The position numbers were made by a program, and so were the translations under genes. Shown here piece by piece: positions 60,271 through 64,000 of a DNA stretch of 64,000 nucleotides. The notes beneath the pieces were generated by a model. That model made no database searches and was not told the DNA's origin. It saw nothing but the letters and a program-made list of their open reading frames with translations. Numbering within the stretch: the stretch's first letter is position 1; the number at the start of each line of letters is the position of its first letter. Source of the DNA: Scyliorhinus canicula (lineage: Eukaryota); NCBI RefSeq assembly GCF_902713615.1, contig NC_052158.1, positions 51,898,539 through 51,962,538 on the forward strand, written 5' to 3'.

Positions 60271-63200
60271 CAACACAGAAGCTCCTGTAAATAAACCCAA
60301 ACACAACACAGAGCCCCTGTAAATAACCCCAACACAACACAGAGCCCCTGTAAATAAACCCCACACAACACAGAGCCCCTGTAAATAACCCCAACACAAC
60401 ACAGAGCCCCTGTAATAAACCCCAACACACACAGAGCCCCTGTAAATAAACCCCAACACAACACAGAGCCCCTGTAAATAAACCCAACACAACACAGAGC
60501 CCCCTGTAAATAAACCCCAACACAACACAGAGCCCCTGTAAATAAACCCCAACACAGAGCCCCTGTAAATAAACCCCAACACAACACAGAGCCCCCTGTA
60601 AATAAACCCCAACACAACACAAAAGCCCCTGTAAATAAACCCCACACACACACGAAGCCCCTGTAAATAAACCCCAACACAACACGAGCTCCTCTGTAAA
60701 ATAAACCCAACACAGAAGCCCCTGTAAATAAACCCACACACAGCGGCCCCTGTAAATAAACCCCCAACACAGAGCCCCTGTAAATAAACCCCAACACAAC
60801 ACAGAGCCCCTGTAAATAAACCCCAACACAACACAGAGCCCCTGTAAATAAACCCCAACACAACACAGAGCCCCTGTAAATAAACCCCAAACAGAGCCCC
60901 TGGCAAATAAACCCCAAACACTGAGCCCCTGTAAATAAACCTCAACACAACACAGAGCCCCTGTAAATAAACCCCAACACAGAGCGCCTGTTAAATAAAC
61001 CCCAACACAACACAGAAGCCCCTGTAAATAAACCCCAACACAACACAGAGCCCCTGTAAATAAACCACAACACAACACAGAGCCCCCTGTAAATTAAACC
61101 CCACACAACACGGAGCCCCTGTAAATAAACCCCAAACACAACACAGAGCCCCTGTAAATAAAACCCCCAACACAACACAGAGCCCTGTAAATAACCCCAC
61201 ACCACAGAGCCCCTTGTTAATAACCCCAACCACAACACAGAGCCCCTGTAAATAAACCCCACACAACACAGAGCCCCTGTAAATAAACCCCAACACAGCA
61301 GAGCCCCTGTAAATAAACCTCAACACAACACAGAGCCCCTGTAAATAAACCCAACACAACACAGAGCCTCCTGTAAATAAACCCCAACACACACAGAGCT
61401 CCCTGTAAATAAACCCCAACACAAAACAGAGCCCCTGTAAATAAACCCCAACACAACAACAGAGCCCATGTAAATAAACCCCAACACAACACACAGCCCC
61501 TGTAAAATAACCCCACCACCACACAGAGCCCCTGTAAATAAACCCCACCCCAACACAGAGCCCCTGTAAATAACCCACACAACACAGAGCCCCTGTAAAT
61601 AAACCCCAACACAACACAGAGCCCCTGTAAATAAACCCCAACACAACACAGGACCCCTGTAAATAAACCCAACACAACACAGAGCCCGGTAATAAACCCC
61701 CAACACAGAGCCCCTGTAATAAACCCCAACACAACACAGAGCCCCTGTAATAAACCCCAACACAACACAGAGCCCCTGTAAATAACCCCCAACACAGAGC
61801 CCTGTAAATACCAACACCCCCTTATAACCCACACAACCCAGAGCCCCTGTAAATAAACCCCAACACAACACAGAGCGCCCTGTAAATAAACCCCAACACA
61901 GAGCCCCTGTAAATAAACCCCAACCCACACAGAGCCCCTGTAAATAAACCCCAACACAGAGCCCCTGTAAATAAACCCCAACACAGAGCCCCTGTAAATA
62001 AACCCCCAACACAGAGCCCCTGTAAATAAACCCCAACACAACACAGAGCCCCTGTAAATAAACCCCAACACAACACAGAGCCCCTGTAAATAAACCCCAA
62101 CACAACACAGAGCCCCTGTAAATAAACCCCAACACAACACAGAGCCCCTGTAAATAAACCCCAACACAACACAGAGCCCCTGTAAATAAACCCCAACCCA
62201 ACACAGAGCCCCTGTAAATAAACCCCAACACAACACAGAGCCCCTGTAAATAAACCCCAACACAACACAGAGCCCCTGTAAATAAACCCCAACACAACAC
62301 AGAGCCCCTGTAAATAAACCCCAACACACACAGAGCCCCTGTAAATAAACCCCAACACAACACAGAGCCCCTGTAAATAAACCCCAACACAACACAGAGC
62401 CCCTGTAAATAAACCCCAACACAACACAGAGCCCCTGTAAATAAACCCCAACACAACCAGAGCCCCTGTAAATAAACCCAACACAACACAGAGCCCCTGT
62501 AAATAAACCCCAACACAGAGCCCCTGTAAATAAACCCACACAACACAGAGCCCCTGTAAATAAACCCCAACACAACACAGAGCCCCTGTAAATAAACCCC
62601 AACACAGAGCCCCTGTAAATAAACCCAACACAACACAGAGCCCCTGTAAATAAACCCCAACACAGAGCCCCTGTAAATAAACCCAACACAACACAGAGCC
62701 CCTGTAAATAAACCCCAAACACAGAGCCCCTGTAAATAACCCAACACAACACAAGCCCCTGTAAATAACCCCCAACACAACACAGAGCCCCTGTAAATAA
62801 ACCCACAACACAGAGCCCCTGTAAATAAACCCCAACACAACACAGAGCCCCTGTAAATAAACCCCAACACAACACAGAGCCCCTGTAAATAAACCCCAAC
62901 ACAAACACAGAGCCCCTGTAAATAAACCCCAACACAAACCCCTGTAAATAAACCCCAACACAGAGCCCCTGTAAATAAACCCCAACACAACACAGAGCCC
63001 CTGTAAATAAACCCCAAACACAGAGCCCCTGTAAATAAACCCCAACACAACACGACGCCCCTGTAAATAAACCCCAACACAACACAGAGCCCCTGTAAAT
63101 AAACCCCAACACAACACAGAGCTCCCTGTAAATAAACCCCAACACAACACAGAGCCCCTGTAAATAACACCCCAACACAACACAGAGCCCCTGTAAATAA

Positions 63201-64000
63201 ACCCAACACAACACAGAGCCCCTGTAAATAAACCCCAACACAACACAGAGCCCCTGTAAATAAACCCCAACACAACACAGAGCCCCTGTAAATAAACCCC
63301 AACACAACACAGAGCCCCTGTAAATAAACCCCAACACAACACAGAGCCTGTAATAAACCCCAACACAGAGCCCCTGTAAATAAACCCCCAACACCGAGCC
63401 CCTGTAAATAAACCCCAACACAACAGAGCCCCCTGTAAATAAACCCCAACACAACAGAGCCCCTGTAAATAAACCCAACACAACACAGAGCCCCTGTAAA
63501 TAAACCCCCAACACAACACAGAGCCCCTGTAAATAAACCCCAACACAGAGCCCCTGTAAATAAACCCCAACAACACAGAGCCCCTGTAAATAAACCCCAA
63601 CACAACACAGAGCCCCTGTAAATAAACCTCAACACAACACAGAGCCCCTGTAAATAAACCCCCCAACCAACACGAGGCCCTGTAAATAAACCCCACACAA
63701 CACAGAGCCCCGTAAATAAACCCAACACAACACAGAGCCCCTGTAAATAAACCCCAACACAACACAGAGCCCCTGTAAATAAACCCCAACACAACACAGA
63801 GCCCCTGTAAATAAACCCCAACACAACACAGAGCCCCTGTAAATAAACCCCAACACAACACAGGAGCCCCTGTAATAAACCCCAACACAGCGCCCCTGTA
63901 AATAAACCCACCACAACACAGAGCCCCTGTAAATAAACCCAACACAACACAGAGCCCCTGTAAATAAACCCCAACACAGAGCCCCTGTAAATAAACCCCA
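60271..64000. repeat. Satellite, 32-bp unit GAGCCCCTGTAAATAAACCCCAACACAACACA (27-bp variant), preceded by gaps and continuing past the window end
   Basis: About 120 tandem units; N gaps at 59257-59688 and 59770-60270. Confidence 0.97.

Noticed and set aside
59245-63977. Very long minus-strand ORFs (up to 885 aa; GFIYRGSVLC repeats)
   Set aside because: Translations of a stop-poor 32-bp satellite, and partly of N runs; all three frames are open and there are no domain features.

Overview
Vertebrate genomic DNA from a shark or other elasmobranch (HE1 V-SINEs and HER1/CR1 LINEs), about 85-90% repeats, with four N gaps. It appears to be part of the MHC class I region. Two host genes lie on the minus strand and neither is fully captured by the ORF track. 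(1) Exon 1 of the immunoproteasome subunit PSMB8/LMP7 (15878-16021, MALVDVCG...VPRGLD|gtgagt) has an ISRE/EICE-GC-CCAAT promoter directly abutted by a >4 kb G-rich 27-bp minisatellite. (2) The 3' half of an MHC class I heavy chain comprises alpha3, TM, two cytoplasmic exons (GQKTGYNPAK / TSDKGDSSSNSSTNATA*) and a 3'UTR exon; as assembled, the TM exon is one base out of phase with the tail exons. Between the genes sits a complete but decayed 13.2-kb provirus (22982-36183; LTRs, GGAT TSD, tRNA-Arg-like PBS, PPT). It has a CCHC Gag, UGA-CGG in-frame readthrough into pol, and a retrovirus-type pol (PR-RT-tether-second RNase H-IN). It has no env; in that position are an intact small type-I membrane protein ORF and a ladder of splice acceptors. 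The rest is nested L1, CR1, Gypsy (including a Gmr1-type element), Harbinger, hAT MITE, Penelope-like and satellite sequence. All calls are by eye, without database searches; repeat boundaries are approximate unless a TSD is quoted.
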